DNA of 64,000 nucleotides from Gracilinanus agilis. Lineage: Eukaryota. The stretch covers positions 61,767,974 to 61,831,973 of the forward strand of contig NC_058131.1 of NCBI RefSeq assembly GCF_016433145.1. The letters run 5' to 3'. Under the pieces are notes generated by a model. The model was not told the origin of the DNA. It ran no database searches and saw only the letters and a program-made list of their open reading frames with translations. The position numbers and the translations under genes are program-made. Position 1 is the stretch's first letter. Each line of letters starts with the position of its first letter. Positions 1 through 12,994 of this stretch are shown piece by piece.

Positions 1-400
1 TAGGACTCCAAAGAGTTGCAGCTGCTCAATAACAACCAGCAAGTTTCTTTCTAAAAGGGTCAAATACAAAGAATGCTATCCATCTCCAGAGAAAAAACTG
101 TTGGAGTTAGGAACGCAGATGAAAGCATACAATTTTTCACTTGTTTATTTGGGTATATGTTTTGGGGTTTGGGTTTTATAAGATTACTGACAAAAACAAA
201 AAATAGAGAAATATGTTTTGCATGATAATATATATATATAACCCAGACTAGATTGCTTGCCAGCTCTGGGAGGGGAGAAGGAAAGAGGAAGGGAGACAAT
301 TTGGATCATATAACTTCAGAAAACTTATGGGGAAATTTGTTATTTCATGTAATAGGTAAAAAATAAAATGTAAAAAAATTAAAAGGTCAAATATAGATAT
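1..400 (+). mobile_element. LINE-1 3' end fragment
   Basis: Similar to the L1 3' tails at 5085-5735 and 24130-24970; A-rich end. Confidence 0.75.
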
Positions 401-2199
401 ACTGTATGAAGCTTTTAAAACCATTTCTAGGAATGAAAAATGGAGCCCCTTCCTGGCTATAGCTCTACCAATCAGCCGTCCTATTCAAGTATTCTCTGGA
501 TAGGAGCAAGCCATGGGCTCTGAGTCATCCTTCTGGAAAGCAAGTAAGAAAAGGTCCCCTGAGGAGACCAATGCTGTAGTTTTAACATATTTCACTATAA
601 CTGCCACAATTGCTGATCTAGTGCCTTCAGAATGAATGAAATAAGGCCTGCCAACCAAATCACAGCCCAAGCTGGATGACTTCTGCCAGACTGAAACAGG
701 ACAAGGCAATGATGCTGGGAGGCAGTCATGGAGTATTGGTAATGATGCAGCAAGGCTGTCAAGGCTGCAGAAAAAGGAGGAACATCAGCACTGCCTTGAA
801 GAACAGTTTTCTGGAAGGAAAAAAGCCAGAAGTATCTCTATCACTGAAAATGTCACAATCCAGATTAAGAAACAGATTTCGTTCTTCAGAGCAACTGCAA
901 CCTTGGGAAGATTCCCAAAGACATGATAGTCATAGATGAATCTGAAGATACACAATGGTGAAAGAAACTAAAATGAACATTTCCCTCAAACTTATATGTT
1001 GTTTGATCTGTTTAATTTGAACTTAATCACAGAATTTCAGAGTTGGAAGGGAGATCTCATTTTACTCAATTCGGTATCTGACAAAATGCTCATTCTACTG
1101 CACCCCTAATAGGCAGTCACATGGTATTTACTTAAAGACTTCCAGTGAAGGAGTCCTACTAGTACATCCTGGGACAACCCACTCTACTTCCAAACAGTGT
1201 TAACTGTTAAGAAGGTTTTAATTTTACACTGAGTCTATATTCATTTTTTCTGCATCTTCCAAATATTGTTCCTAGTTCTGATCTCCAAGGATAAACAGAA
1301 TCAATCCAATTTCTTTTCCATATGTCAACCATTCAAACAATTCAAGACAACTACCATATTCTCTAGGTTGTCAGTGGATAGAGTCCTAGACCTAAAATTA
1401 GGAAGATCTGAGTTCAAATCTCTCTAGTTGTATGACCCCAAGCAAATCACTTAGCCTCTGTTTGCCTCGATTTCTTCAACTGTAAATGGAGATAATATGC
1501 ATTTTCTTTCCAGGGTTTTTGAGAGGATCAGGTAATATTTACAAACCGTCTGGCACATAGTAGGCAATAAGTACTTGTTCCCTTCTCTCCTTCCCCTCCA
1601 AAGCCTTCTCTTTAAGTATTGCTTTAACTTTTGAGTGCTTTCTAGAATTAAAATCTTAAGTGTTGCTATCTAGCTTTTAATCTTCAGGTTTAAAAAATGA
1701 AATAGCTTTTTCCAAATCTACATTCTAAGGTTTTCTTCCCTTTAAGTTATAAAACAAAACTTTGCCCATGCTGGAAAAGGGCTAAAATTTAGCAATTGAC
1801 TGTTGAGAAGCTATATTTATAAATGACCAATTTACAGAAGAAATTTTCAAAATCAGGGATCTTGTGGCTTTTTGATTCAGATTATTAGTCTCCTTTCTAG
1901 GATACTGGTATGAGCACTTATTGAAATCACAAACTCTTAGAACTAGACAAAAGATACAATAGGCCCTTTCTAACCTTGTGATGAAGAAAGCCCAGAATTC
2001 CCAAAAGTGAAACAGAAGCACAATCCTTGCCCCTAAATTGGCCCCTACAATTTCACCTTCCCTCTTTTGCCAGCAATTGGGGAGGATTTTGGCCTCAGGG
2101 CACATCAGTTCCCACCAGCTCAACTGGTCTAATCTACTACAACAGAGCAGAGAAGAAGCCTCAAAAAAAAAAAAAAAAAAAAAGAGGAAAAGCTCAACC

Positions 2200-2840
2200 A
2201 CAGAGAGCCAGAAAACAACCAGAAAAGCAAGTATACAGCCCACGAGCATGGAAAAAAGGAAAAAATATGAGTAAACAACAGAAGAAGAAAAAAAGAAATT
2301 ACAATTAAAAGCTTCTATTCAGAAAAAAAAACAAAGAATAGATGGAAGAAAGGAGGACCAAGGAACATTAAGCAAAACCTCAGAAACTCCAGCAAACTGG
2401 ACTCAGGCTCCAGAAGAGCTCAAAAAAGAATTCAAAAAAACAAATAAGACAGGTTGAAGAAAACTGGGAAAAGAAGTTAAAAAGCAAAATAAGTTATCTG
2501 AAAACAGAGGCACATAAACTAAAACAAAAAATATTGCCTTGAAAGCCAGAATTGACCAGCTCAAAAACAAGGCAAAAAATTAAAAGACAAAGAGAATTAT
2601 CTAAAAAGGAAAATAGATCCAAAGGAAAAGGAGTATCAAAAAGTCATGGATGAAACTCAGTCTTTAAAAATTAGAATTGAAAAAATAACTTTACAAGCCA
2701 TCAAGAATCTATAAAACGAAATCAAAAGAATGAAAAAAAAAGAAAATCTCAGTGGGTAAGGAAGTAATGGGAGGGAAGGAGGGAAGAACTCAAAAAAATT
2801 TTTAAAGAATAGTTAAAAATAATTTTTAATTTAAAAAAGT
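2200..2840 (+). mobile_element. Degenerate LINE-1 5' portion (ORF1 N-terminal coiled coil) joined to a short 3'-tail-like segment
   Basis: ATG at 2267 (MSKQQKKKK...), then across frameshifts NWTQAPEELKKEFK..QIRQVEENWEK, typical of L1 ORF1; very A-rich plus strand. Confidence 0.7.
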
Positions 2841-3019
2841 TAGGGACAAAAAAAAAGAGGGAAAAATATACTGTCTGTTTATTCAACCAGGTATACTATC
2901 CCCATCCCATTTAATCTAATCAAGCTGTAAGACTCAGCTCTAGTCCTACCTCTTAAGTAAAACCTCTCCAATGTCTAAACAAAAAGTTATCTGTATGCCT
3001 TCTTAAAAATTGCACAATT

Positions 3020-3255
3020 GGGACAGCTAGGTGGTTCAGTGGATAGAAAGTCAGGTCTGGAGATGGGAGATCCTAGGTTCAAATATCAGATACTTTCTAT
3101 GTGACCTTGGGCAAGTCACTTGACCTCTGCTGCCTAGCCCTTAATGCTCTTCTGCCTTGGAACCAATATTTAGTATTGATTCTAAGACAGAAGGAGAGGG
3201 AGGGAGGAACTGATACTTAATCTCAATTCTAAAACAGAAGGTAAGGGGTTTTTTA
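3020..3255 (+). mobile_element. SINE-1_Mdo-like tRNA-derived SINE with a partly duplicated tail
   Basis: gggacagctaggtggttcagtgg...ggttcaaat...ttctgccttggaaccaat...ttctaagacagaagg. Confidence 0.85.
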
Positions 3256-3796
3256 CATTTTTTTTCACATTTATATCACACTTACAGGTTAGAAAGAATT
3301 TTCCTAAAAACAATCTTTTGAAGTAAATAACTATGCCAGTAGTAGCAGTATTACCATTTTGTGGTTAAATAAAATGACTACCTGGACACTTAATTGCTGC
3401 TGTGCTTCCTTTGAACTTCTAATATTTAGCATCTGACTCCATACATTCTTTTACTACTAGCTTCATCAAAGTTATTTGTCTACCCAAATGGATGGCAATC
3501 TCTTTAAGCATATGGATTGAATCTTATACTTCTATTATTCTCCTGATAAAATATAGCACAGTTCTAAACATGTTAGAAGAGCCTAGATCAAACAAGATCA
3601 CTGTTAAGTACTTACATATAGAACTTACACTCTGGAACAGGTTCCAGGGTTCTGGGACCTATTCTGACTAAGGTAATAAAGTCTTGGAAATGAGAAATGA
3701 TATTCTTATCATAGGAGATAAAACTATATAACTCCAGGGCAAGGTAGCATAGAACCTCCCCAAATAGAGTCAATCTACTCTGTGGATAGTGAATTC

Positions 3797-4050
3797 TGTT
3801 GTTGTTGTTGTTGTTCAGTTGTATCTAGGCATATACAATTTATTGTGACCCCTTCTGGGGTTTTCTTGGCAAAGATATGGGAGTGGTTTTGCCATCTCCT
3901 TTTTCCAGCTCATTTTGCAGATAAGGAAACTGAGGCAAATAGGGTAACTTGCACAGGGTCACAACAGTTAGCAAGTCAAAGGCCAAACTTGAACTCAGGT
4001 ATTTCTAATTCCAGGCCCAGTGCTCTCTATCCACTGTACCACCTAATTGC
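3797..4050 (-). mobile_element. MAR1-like (CORE/RTE-tail) SINE
   Basis: (GTT)n tail, ggttttcttggcaaagata..ggagtggttt.gccat segment, MIR-like core. Confidence 0.7.
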
Positions 4051-5084
4051 TCTTAACTCTGATCTCCCTATTAAAGTTAGAAATATTTCCCTTATTTCTA
4101 TCTGCACTTTCACCACAGAGGCAGCTCCAGACTAGCCTACTGTTTAGGGACCTTGGACAGTTCAACCTTCTTGGGCCTTTTGAGTTTCCTCATTTGTAAA
4201 GAGGGGAGATTGAAAAGTGGGGTAGATAATCTGAGGTCTTTTTCTAGACATGAACCCCACAATATTAGAAGTTACAAAAATATCCTTTGAACAAGGACCC
4301 CAATTTTGCTGCTATGTAGTAGAACAGAGGGAACAAGAAATCTTAGTTCACAATAACCTATTCGAGAGATTTCTAGACAAGACGGTTGCCAAACAAAAGA
4401 AGATATTCAGTTCCCACATACTTAGGAACCCCAGGAAAAACCAGAAATTTGTACCATTTGAATAATAAATAAGAAATCCAATGAGAACCTACAGTGACTT
4501 CTAACCCAGAACTACAAAAAAGTGAGACCAGAAGCTCACAACAATGAGAAAGCAGGTCACCAGTAAAGCTAATATTTCTCCTCCCATGTTTTGTGCTTCA
4601 TTGTGGTATGATGGTGATCTTAAATTCTTAAAGGGTTATATCAATGCAAAGAAAGCTTTGACATGTCCTACCAAACTAGAAAGTACAGGGCCAGTAAGAT
4701 TGTCTCTTCTAAAGAGAAGCCTAGCTAAATTCAGAAACTCAGCCTCAGATTAATCAGAGGTCAATGGATTTGTCTGCCACAGCAATTCTTGAAGATAATC
4801 AATTTAGTTATATATTACAACTCTTCTAAATCAGTGGAAGGAATATTCATACTAATGAAATCAGGGTTCTTTTAAATAATGAAATATTGTGATCTTCAGC
4901 TGTTTCTTCCATATCTCAAACTACATCTTTTCTCATAGATGAAATAATGATGCAAAATACTTTGTAGACCTTAAAGTTCTATATAAATGTTAGCTATTAT
5001 GATGATGAAGATTCAAGAACCCAAGTAAAAACATTGAGGTACCAAAACACTACCTACCAAACTGGCCAATATGGCAGTAGAGGG

Positions 5085-5735
5085 AAGTGGGAGGGGGATG
5101 TGGCAAAATTGGGACACTAATGCATTGTTGGTGGAGTTCTGAACTGATCCAACCATTCTGGAGAGCAATTTGGAACTATACCCAAAGTGCTATAAAACTG
5201 CATACCCTTTGATCCAGTAATACCACTACTGGGTCTGTATCCCAAAGAGATAATAAAAAAAAGAAACAATCTATTTGTACAAAAATATTTATGGCTGCTC
5301 TTTTTGTAGTGACAAAGAAACGGAAATTGGAGGGATGTGTATCATTTGGGGAATGACTGAACAAATTGTGGTACATGTTGGTAATGGAAAACTATTGTGC
5401 TATAAGAAATGATAAGCAAGATGATTTCAGAAAAAGCTGGAAAGAACTGCAGGAACTGATGCAGAGTGAAATAAACACAACTGGGAGAACACTACACAAT
5501 AACAGCAATACTGGACAATGATTATCTGTGAAAACTTGGCTACTCTCAGCAATGCAATGATCTGGGACAATCCTGAAAATCTTATGACAGAGAATGCTAT
5601 CCACCTGCAGAGTCATCTTTCAAATCAGTGTATTTTTGGTTTGATTTCAGGTTTTTGTTATGTATGACTTTGCTCTTACAACAATAACCAATATGGAAGT
5701 GTGTTTTACATGATAATAAAAAAATGAAGGAAAAA
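5085..5735 (+). mobile_element. LINE-1 ORF2 C-terminus and 3' UTR fragment
   Basis: Canonical L1 ORF2-end sequence (tgttggtggag...aaccattctggagagcaatttgg...ccctttgatccagtaataccactactggg). Confidence 0.85.
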
Positions 5736-8428
5736 AAAAAGAACCCAAGTGGAAAAACTCCTTAAGAGGTAGAATCTCTCCTAAGTAAATGAGATTACCC
5801 ACATTTCTCTCTTTTGGAATCACTGTTTCTCGAAAACTTGGTAATAAAGGGGCTGTACCAAGTATTATCTCAATGACGTCTGAACTGACATAAGCCAGCT
5901 TAAACAGATAACGTGAATAAGATTCCTGGAAGGAAAATAATGTCAAATAAATCTCTTCTCAACCCTTTCAAACAGAATAGTTCCCTCCAAGATAGAGGGC
6001 AGGGAGAGAGAGAAAGAAGACAGACAAAAAGAAAAAAAATCATAACTTTCAAGTCTCTTGTGAAAAAAAAATAGAAATACCAAGATTATAAGCCAAGAAC
6101 TTATATTCACCTCTTGGTTCCCAATTTAAAGAACATCAATTTCAGATTCCATGGAGCCTGGGATCTGCCGAATGAAGATGATTCTGAGAAATAAGAAAAC
6201 ATTCAGTTCTAACCATAGTTATGTCCCTAAATTCATTGTCAGAAGAAAGCAAGTTCTAACCCATTAGAATGTAGTTAGTTCAGTAACAAAACTGGAGAGA
6301 GAAACCAAGAAACTCAAAGCAACCTGGACAAAGTATTACAGCAGCAAACCTGTTCTATAGTGTTCACGTTTCAATTCAATTACATTCACCTCAACAAATA
6401 TTTACTAACTACTATTAGTAGTACCAAGAGAGAGTCAAAAGATAAATAAGAGAATCATAGAATTATAAAATTATAACTGATAAGTATCTTAAAGAACCTT
6501 AAGGTACCTTAAAGGTATCTTAAAGAGGATAATAGCACCTACCTCACAAAGTTGTTGTGAGGATCTAATAAAATAGAATCTGTAACGCACTTAGCACTAT
6601 GTCTGACACAGAGTAAGTGCTTTAAAAATGTTATATTATTTACCATTATTATGTGCAATAGGCAGTCAGAGATGTGAGACTAGAGGTGAAAAGAGAGAAA
6701 AAGACTGGGCAAATAGATCTGAGAATCATTTGCATAGCAGTGATAATCAAATCCATGGGAGCTGATGAAATCATTAAACAAGTAGTATAGAAGGAAAAAT
6801 AAGAGGGCTTGGGGCAAAGTCTTAAGGGACACCCAAGATTAGCAGATATGACCTGGATAAAAAGCCAGAAGACTGAGAAAGAGTAACAGGAACAGGTAGG
6901 AAGTAAATCAAAGAGGTAGTGTTACAAAAACCTAGAGACTGAGTCTTTCTCTTGCTGTTTGGTTTTTTAACTTAACTGAATCAACAAACATTTATTACTT
7001 TCTATATATGTGCCCAGCATTGTACTAAGTGCAAAAGAAAACATTATAGTTATTGGATATATTATTAAGTTCTGCTTTCTTTACTTCCTCCGTTTCTCTG
7101 AATTTGTTTATTGCTTCTTACAGCACATTAATATTCTATTACATTTACAGATGACAGGGTTTTTCAGTCATTCCCCAATCAATGGGCACCCTCTTTGTTT
7201 CCAGTATTTTGTTACCAAAAAGACTGCTACTGTGAAAAGTCTGGCATATGCGGGAACTTCCTGTCATTGACCACTTTGGGGTATATGTCTAATATTGGGG
7301 GGAAGGGGTCACCATCCCCTCTTGCATTCTGGCTTCTAAGGCCATCACCACTACTCTACTTGTCAAGGGTGAAAAACCTAAGCATCAAGTTTCATGGGTC
7401 TTTCCCTGTCTTTAGAGTTGAGTATCTGGGTGGTTATCTATGACTGTCCAAATGCTAAACCTAAGTCTTCTCTCTGTGCTCATTCTCCTTGACTTCTCTA
7501 CATTTCACATTATTCTGCATTCCTTCTTTCTAATGCTCTCTCTTCCTTTGACATGCAACATTAAATATCTTACCTCCTTCTTTATTTATGTTATGACACC
7601 AACTATCCCACTGTTCATGCTTACAGTGCAATAATATTACACAATGGGAGATACATAAGGGTTCCAGATTACCATGGGTGGGTACATATGTACACATGCC
7701 CTCTCAAATTAGCCAAGACAAAAAGTCTGTGTCAAGTGAAAACTGCCTGGGAGAGCCTTCTACTTGATTAATGGAACTGGTCTGGCCACCATAGCTTCAG
7801 TGGGAGGCCATGAACTTATTTCACCCTTTCCTTTCAATGCAATGGTCTTCATAGAAAGGTTTTGGTTCTGACACAGGTACATAATCCTAAATTTGAAGTC
7901 TAGATCTACAGAAAAATACTCTGAAGCATTGAATTTGGACATAGATTGCCTATGGGAGAGATAGCCAAATAACCAAAAAATATTATCTCCCTCACCCTAA
8001 AGTCAGGGTTAGAAATGATCCCATTGGGAAAGGGGGGGAACCCCTATTAAAAGGGACTGTAATTGGTAACAATTGGTATCAAGAAAGTTACATGGTTTTC
8101 AAAAGTCAATGAATCCCTACTCTGGGCTGAATATGGTCCTTCACCTTTGAATAATACTAGTCACTTAAGGAGCTGCTGATGCCAACAAGTATGCTTGCAT
8201 GAAAAAGTAACTGACTGCCATGGAAAGAATATTGGATATAGAGACAATGGATAAAGGTTTATCCCAGCTGGATTTACTACTTTAAAAACCAGTGTGACCC
8301 TGGCCAAGTCATCTCCCATTGAACTAGACGATCTCTAAGGTCTCTTCCAGCTCTAAATCCTTTAAGAGCAAGCCCACCCCAAGCAGAAGAAGAGAAGTGA
8401 ACTAGCTGCAAAGTAGTAGAACGAAAAA

Positions 8429-8626
8429 GGGCAGCAAGGTAGCTCGGTGAGTTTGAGAGCCAGGTCTAAAGACTGGAAGTCCTGGGTCAAAATGTGGCCT
8501 CAGACTCATACTACCTGTGTGACCTTAGGCTTAACCCCCATTTCCTAGTCTTACTGCTCTTCTGCCTTGGAAGGGATACACAGTATTGATTCTAAGACCG
8601 ATGAGAGTTTTCAAAGAAAAAAAAAA
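8429..8626 (+). mobile_element. SINE-1_Mdo-like SINE
   Basis: Same head/core/tail structure; A tail. Confidence 0.8.
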
Positions 8627-8989
8627 TGGTGAAGGCTGGAGAGAGAAAGTTTGGTCAAGTCTGGGAAATGAGGGGGGGGGGGGGGATGACTTTTGGATTA
8701 CCAAGAAAGGAGTTAAAAGGAAAGGAAGTGCGAGATTGAGTAAACCCACTAGAGTGCAGAGTGGCTGCAGCCGTTCCCCCATGCCTTGGTCTGCCTAGAG
8801 CTGGAAGGGACCTTGGGAAATGTCTAATTCCGCCCCGTCATTTTACAGATGAGGAAACTGAGGCCAGAGAAGGGAGTGAGTAGAGTGGGGAAACCTGCAC
8901 TCTAGTAGCCCGACCCCCACCCTTTGTGTGCTCCAAGAGTGGGAGAGGCGGCAAGTCCCCCCACCGCCCCAGGAGCTGTGCAAACTGAA

Positions 8990-9660
8990 CCCAGAACGAC
9001 AGGTGGAGGAGGGGGATGGCGAAGACCTCGCCCGCCGGCCTGCGGCCCGAAATGACGAAGGCTTCATAAGGAAGGCCAGGAGAAGAAGGCCTCTGGCTCC
9101 GGGGCGCGGCGGCCAGGGTCCCTGGGCTCTGTGGACAGCCGGGGCCGACCCCCGCGAAGCGAGGCTAAGCCCAGCCCGCTACGGCCCGCCCCTCCACCCT
9201 GCCTCGATCGGGCTAGAGTGGTAGGGCCCGGGCGCTGAACCCTCGGACCGCCCGGGTGCAGGCTTTCTCGGGGCAGTCGGCCGGGCGGGGCCGCGCTCAC
9301 CTCAAACCCCACACAGCCTCCTCCACTCTTCGGCTTCCGCGGAGGATCCCGCCGCCGCCATCCTCTCGCGTCAGCGTCATTGCGTCATTATAGCGCGCCC
9401 GACGTCAAAACAGACCCACGGCGCCTACACTAGGCGACCTGGGGGTCGGACCTTACTCTCCAATGGGAGAACTGGCTGCCAATCAACGCCATGAGGCGCT
9501 CCCGCTCTGGATGCGCTTGTCAATCATTTCAATAGGCCTTGTAATAGGCTAACAGGTGAGGCCGAGGCTATAAAAGCTCTAGATGGTCGCGGACGAGCAT
9601 TGTTGTTTTGAAGAGGATTTGGTGAATTCTTTGTTCATTTCGTGAGAAGCGGGCAGGATC
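8990..9660. promoter_or_regulatory. PSKH1: CpG-island promoter, assigned to PSKH1
   Basis: Dense CpG; CRE-type motifs at 9370-9407; CCAAT at 9460 and 9479. Gene identity comes only from conserved order (NUTF2-EDC4-NRN1L-PSKH1); no kinase exon was found in 1-9300. Confidence 0.7.
9301..9380 (-). other. PSKH1: Probable non-coding exon 1 of PSKH1 (5' start approximate)
   Basis: Strong donor GAG|gtgagc at 9301/9300 followed by a GC-rich intron start; YY1-like GATGGCGGC near the presumed start; synteny. Confidence 0.6.
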
Positions 9661-10072
9661 TGAACCACCATCTTACAAAATAAATGGAAATAAGGGATAG
9701 GGCACTGATAACTAAGGGGCAGTTGGCTTTTTCCCAGTCTTCATTCTTCTTGACCTTTGACATTGTTGATCACCCTTTTTTCTCTAGATCTTTCCGGACA
9801 TCCCCTCCTCCTTGTTCTCCTCCTACCTCTCTGACTACTCCTCTGTGTCCCTTGCTGTATCCTCTTCCAGATTATGCCCTTCTAACATAGGGTTCTGTCC
9901 TGAGTCTTCTTCTGTACTATATCACCTGGTGATCTTATCAGCTCTGATGGATTTAATTACCATTTCTAGGCTGATAATTCTCAAATCTACTTTTCTTGCC
10001 CAATCTCTGCTGACCTCTAATTTTACATCTCCAACTGCTTTTCAGAGAACTCAAATTAGATGTCCTATAGAC

Positions 10073-10262
10073 TTTTTTTTTTAACCCTTACCTTCCTTCT
10101 TAGAATCAATTCTGAGTCTTAGTTCCAAGCAGAAGAATGATAAAGACAGGTAATAGGAATTGTGACTTACCCAGGACCATACAGCTTTTGAGGCTACATT
10201 TGAACCCAGGACCTACTGCCTTCAGGTCTGGCTCTCAATCTACTGAGCCACCTAGTTGCCCC
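10073..10262 (-). mobile_element. SINE-1_Mdo-like SINE
   Basis: T run followed by the reverse-complement consensus ending ctagttgcccc. Confidence 0.8.
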
Positions 10263-10786
10263 ACAGTAAACTTCTTAAACTAAATATGTTCAAAACAAAA
10301 CTCATTGTCTTTCCCCCTAAACCCTCCCTATTGCACACATGTTACTGAAGAGAATACCACCATCCTTCCGGTCCCTCAGGATGGAAATCAAGGTATCATC
10401 TTGGTTTCCTCACTCTCACTCTCACTCACACCCCAAATGCAAGGCCTGTCTTCTTTAAAGCAGCTGTCAAACATGCCCTCTTCTCTCCTCTGATGCTGCC
10501 ACAACTCTAGGGCAGACCCTTCTCACCTCACAATTGGATTATTCCAATAACTGCTGGTGGGACCTGCCTGCTTCAAGTCTCTCCTCTTTCCAGTCTATCC
10601 TCCATTCAGCTACCAGAGTGATTTCCCTAAAATGCAAGTCTGACCATATCAGCCCCCCCCCCTCCACCTCAATAAATCATAGTAGCTTCCTATTCCATCC
10701 AGGAGATCTAAATACAAAATGGTCTGGTTGGCATTCATTCAAATTCCTTCAAAACCTGGCTCCCTCCCTTTAGTCTTTTTTCTTTT

Positions 10787-10960
10787 AGCCCTTACCTTCT
10801 GCTTTAGAATACCAAATTAGGTATCAATTACAAGGTAAGGGTTAGGCAATTGAGGTTAAATGATTTCCTCAGGCTCACACAACCAGGAATTGTCTGAGTT
10901 CAGATTTGAACCCAGTACCTCTCCTCTCTAGATTTGACTCTCTCACCACTGAGCCCCCTC
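10787..10960 (-). mobile_element. SINE-1_Mdo-like SINE
   Basis: Reverse-complement consensus, more diverged. Confidence 0.7.
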
Positions 10961-12536
10961 ACTTTCCTGTCTAATAGCCTTCTTAATTGGACTCCCTGCC
11001 TCATCTCTCACAATTCCAATTCCTCCTCCATTTAGTTGCCAAAATTATTTTCCTAAAATGTGGGTCTGACCTTGCTACGCTTCTTAAACTCCAGGGGTTC
11101 CCTATTACTCCTAAGACCAAATAAAAAATCCTCCTTTTGATATTTAAAGTCCTTTAAAACCTAGTTCCTTCCTACTTTTCTAACCTTATTTTGCTACCCC
11201 CCCTTTCTATAACCTAAGATGCAGTTATGTTGGCCTACTTGCTAGGTTCTACACACAGCAATCTATCTCCTACTCTCCTCACTGACTTCCCCTATGCCTA
11301 GAATGTTCCTCATCTCCACCTGACTGTCCTGGTTTTTTTCAAGACTCACCAAATCTCACCTTCTATAGAAGCTGATACTTTAAAGCACATCAAGTACTTT
11401 CCTTCTTGAAATTACCTTCCTTTTATATATTGTATCATTGTCTATATACATAGTTCCTTCACATATTGGCTTGACTGAATTATAATGTGAAGGCAGGAAC
11501 ATTGTTTATATTTGCTTTTCTTTATATCCTTATCACTTCCTTAGAGTTATAAATCTAGGAAGCACTTGAATGCTGGTTGACTGACTGGTACCCTCATCAG
11601 AAATAATTGGAAACATGTAAAACCCAGTGGAATTGTACATCAGCTACGGGAGCGTGGGGGAATTTGGGGGAGAGGGAAAGAACATGAAATATGTAAGTAT
11701 GGGAAAATATTCAAAATAAAAAAATTAAATTAATATAAAATAAAAGAAAGAAAGAAAATTGGAAATAAAGTGGATTTGGAGGTAAAAAAAAATATTTTAG
11801 TCCAATTTTGGACACATTGAGTTTAAGCTCCCTGTGGAACATCCAGTAGGAAATGCCCATTGAGTAGGTGGTGCTGTGGGAATAGTGAAACTTAGTAGGG
11901 AAAGAATAGGGCTGGATGTACAGGGTGACCTCCCCTTCTTCTCCACCCAAATTTGCAGTTTTAGGCTATTAAAGCTTAAAACTGCTCTTAGACTTTTGGG
12001 ACACCTTGCATAATAGATTTGGGAGTCAATTCAAGGAGAGATCATTAAATCCATAGGAGCTGATGAAGTCACCAAGTAAGAGAGTATAGAAATAAAGACC
12101 TCAGAACTCAGACTTGAGGAACACCTCTAGTTTTATCTATCTAGAGGTGTGATATGGATATGTTCCAGAAAAGAATACTAAGAAGAAGACAGGAGAACCA
12201 AATCTCTAGAAGGAAAGATATATTCAACAGTGAGATTTGAAAGGATGAGAATTGGAGAAAAGTCATTTGATTTAGCAATTAATGTATTGTTGATAACTTT
12301 ATTTGAATGGTGACGTTAAAGTTTAATATCTACAGGTTTAACAACAAGCCAATCTGGCTTTAGCTATACCTCAGAGGACCTGAGTTGTTCTTATGAGCTG
12401 ATAAAATCCTCAAGGAGCAGACTGAGTAGCCTTCCTTAAAGGCTTTCTTCTTACCATAGGCTGGGAACATTCAGCTGAGCACAGCTGGTCATTCCAGAAG
12501 GCTTGCTTGGTTCTCCTTAAAACCTTGAGAAAGGAA

Positions 12537-12735
12537 GGTAGCTAGCTAGGTAGCTCAATGGATTTAGAGCCAGGGCTAGAGATGTGATGTCCTCAGTTCA
12601 AATCTGAGCTCAGATACTTCCTACCTGTGTGACCCTAGGAAAGTTGCTTAATCCCCAATGTCCAGCCTTTACTGCTCTTTTGCCTTGGAAGCAATTCACT
12701 GTATTGATTCTATGATGAAAAGTAAGGATTAAAAA
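12537..12735 (+). mobile_element. SINE-1_Mdo-like SINE
   Basis: Full head/core/tail. Confidence 0.8.
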
Positions 12736-12994
12736 CAACTCCAATAATGACCTTGAGAAGGAAGATTCCTTTGATTGAAGACCAAGATAGTAGTTTCTCC
12801 CATCTGCCACTGACTAGCTTTGTCACTTTGGGCAAATCCCTTCTCTATTCCGGACCTCAATTCCTTCCCCTACACTGGATTATGTGGCCTCTAAATTGTG
12901 TGTATGTGGGGGGAGGGGAATACTTATCCTTTTTTGTATTATGGACCTTTGGCAATCAACAGCAAAGCCCATGGACTCCTCAGCAGAGTTGGGT

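Larger units (their letters stand above)
9720..11580 (+). mobile_element. Old LINE-2 fragments interrupted by SINEs
   Basis: Pyrimidine-rich L2 motifs (tattccaataactgctgg, cagctaccagagtgatttccctaaaatg) ending in an L2 3'-end-like sequence. Confidence 0.6.

Noticed and set aside
645-924. ATG-less open frame of about 93 codons, checked as a possible PSKH1 exon
   Set aside because: Plus strand, no kinase motifs and no resemblance to the PSKH1 N-terminus; PSKH1 coding exons appear to be outside the window.
6484-6525. 14-bp palindrome TTAAGGTACCTTAA (6499-6512) within short gtatcttaaag-like repeats
   Set aside because: Local slippage of an 11-bp unit; no spacers, so not CRISPR-like, and no functional context.
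8671-8685. Long G homopolymers here and at about 56515-56528 as G-quadruplex elements
   Set aside because: Homopolymer lengths are unreliable in assemblies and there is no supporting context.
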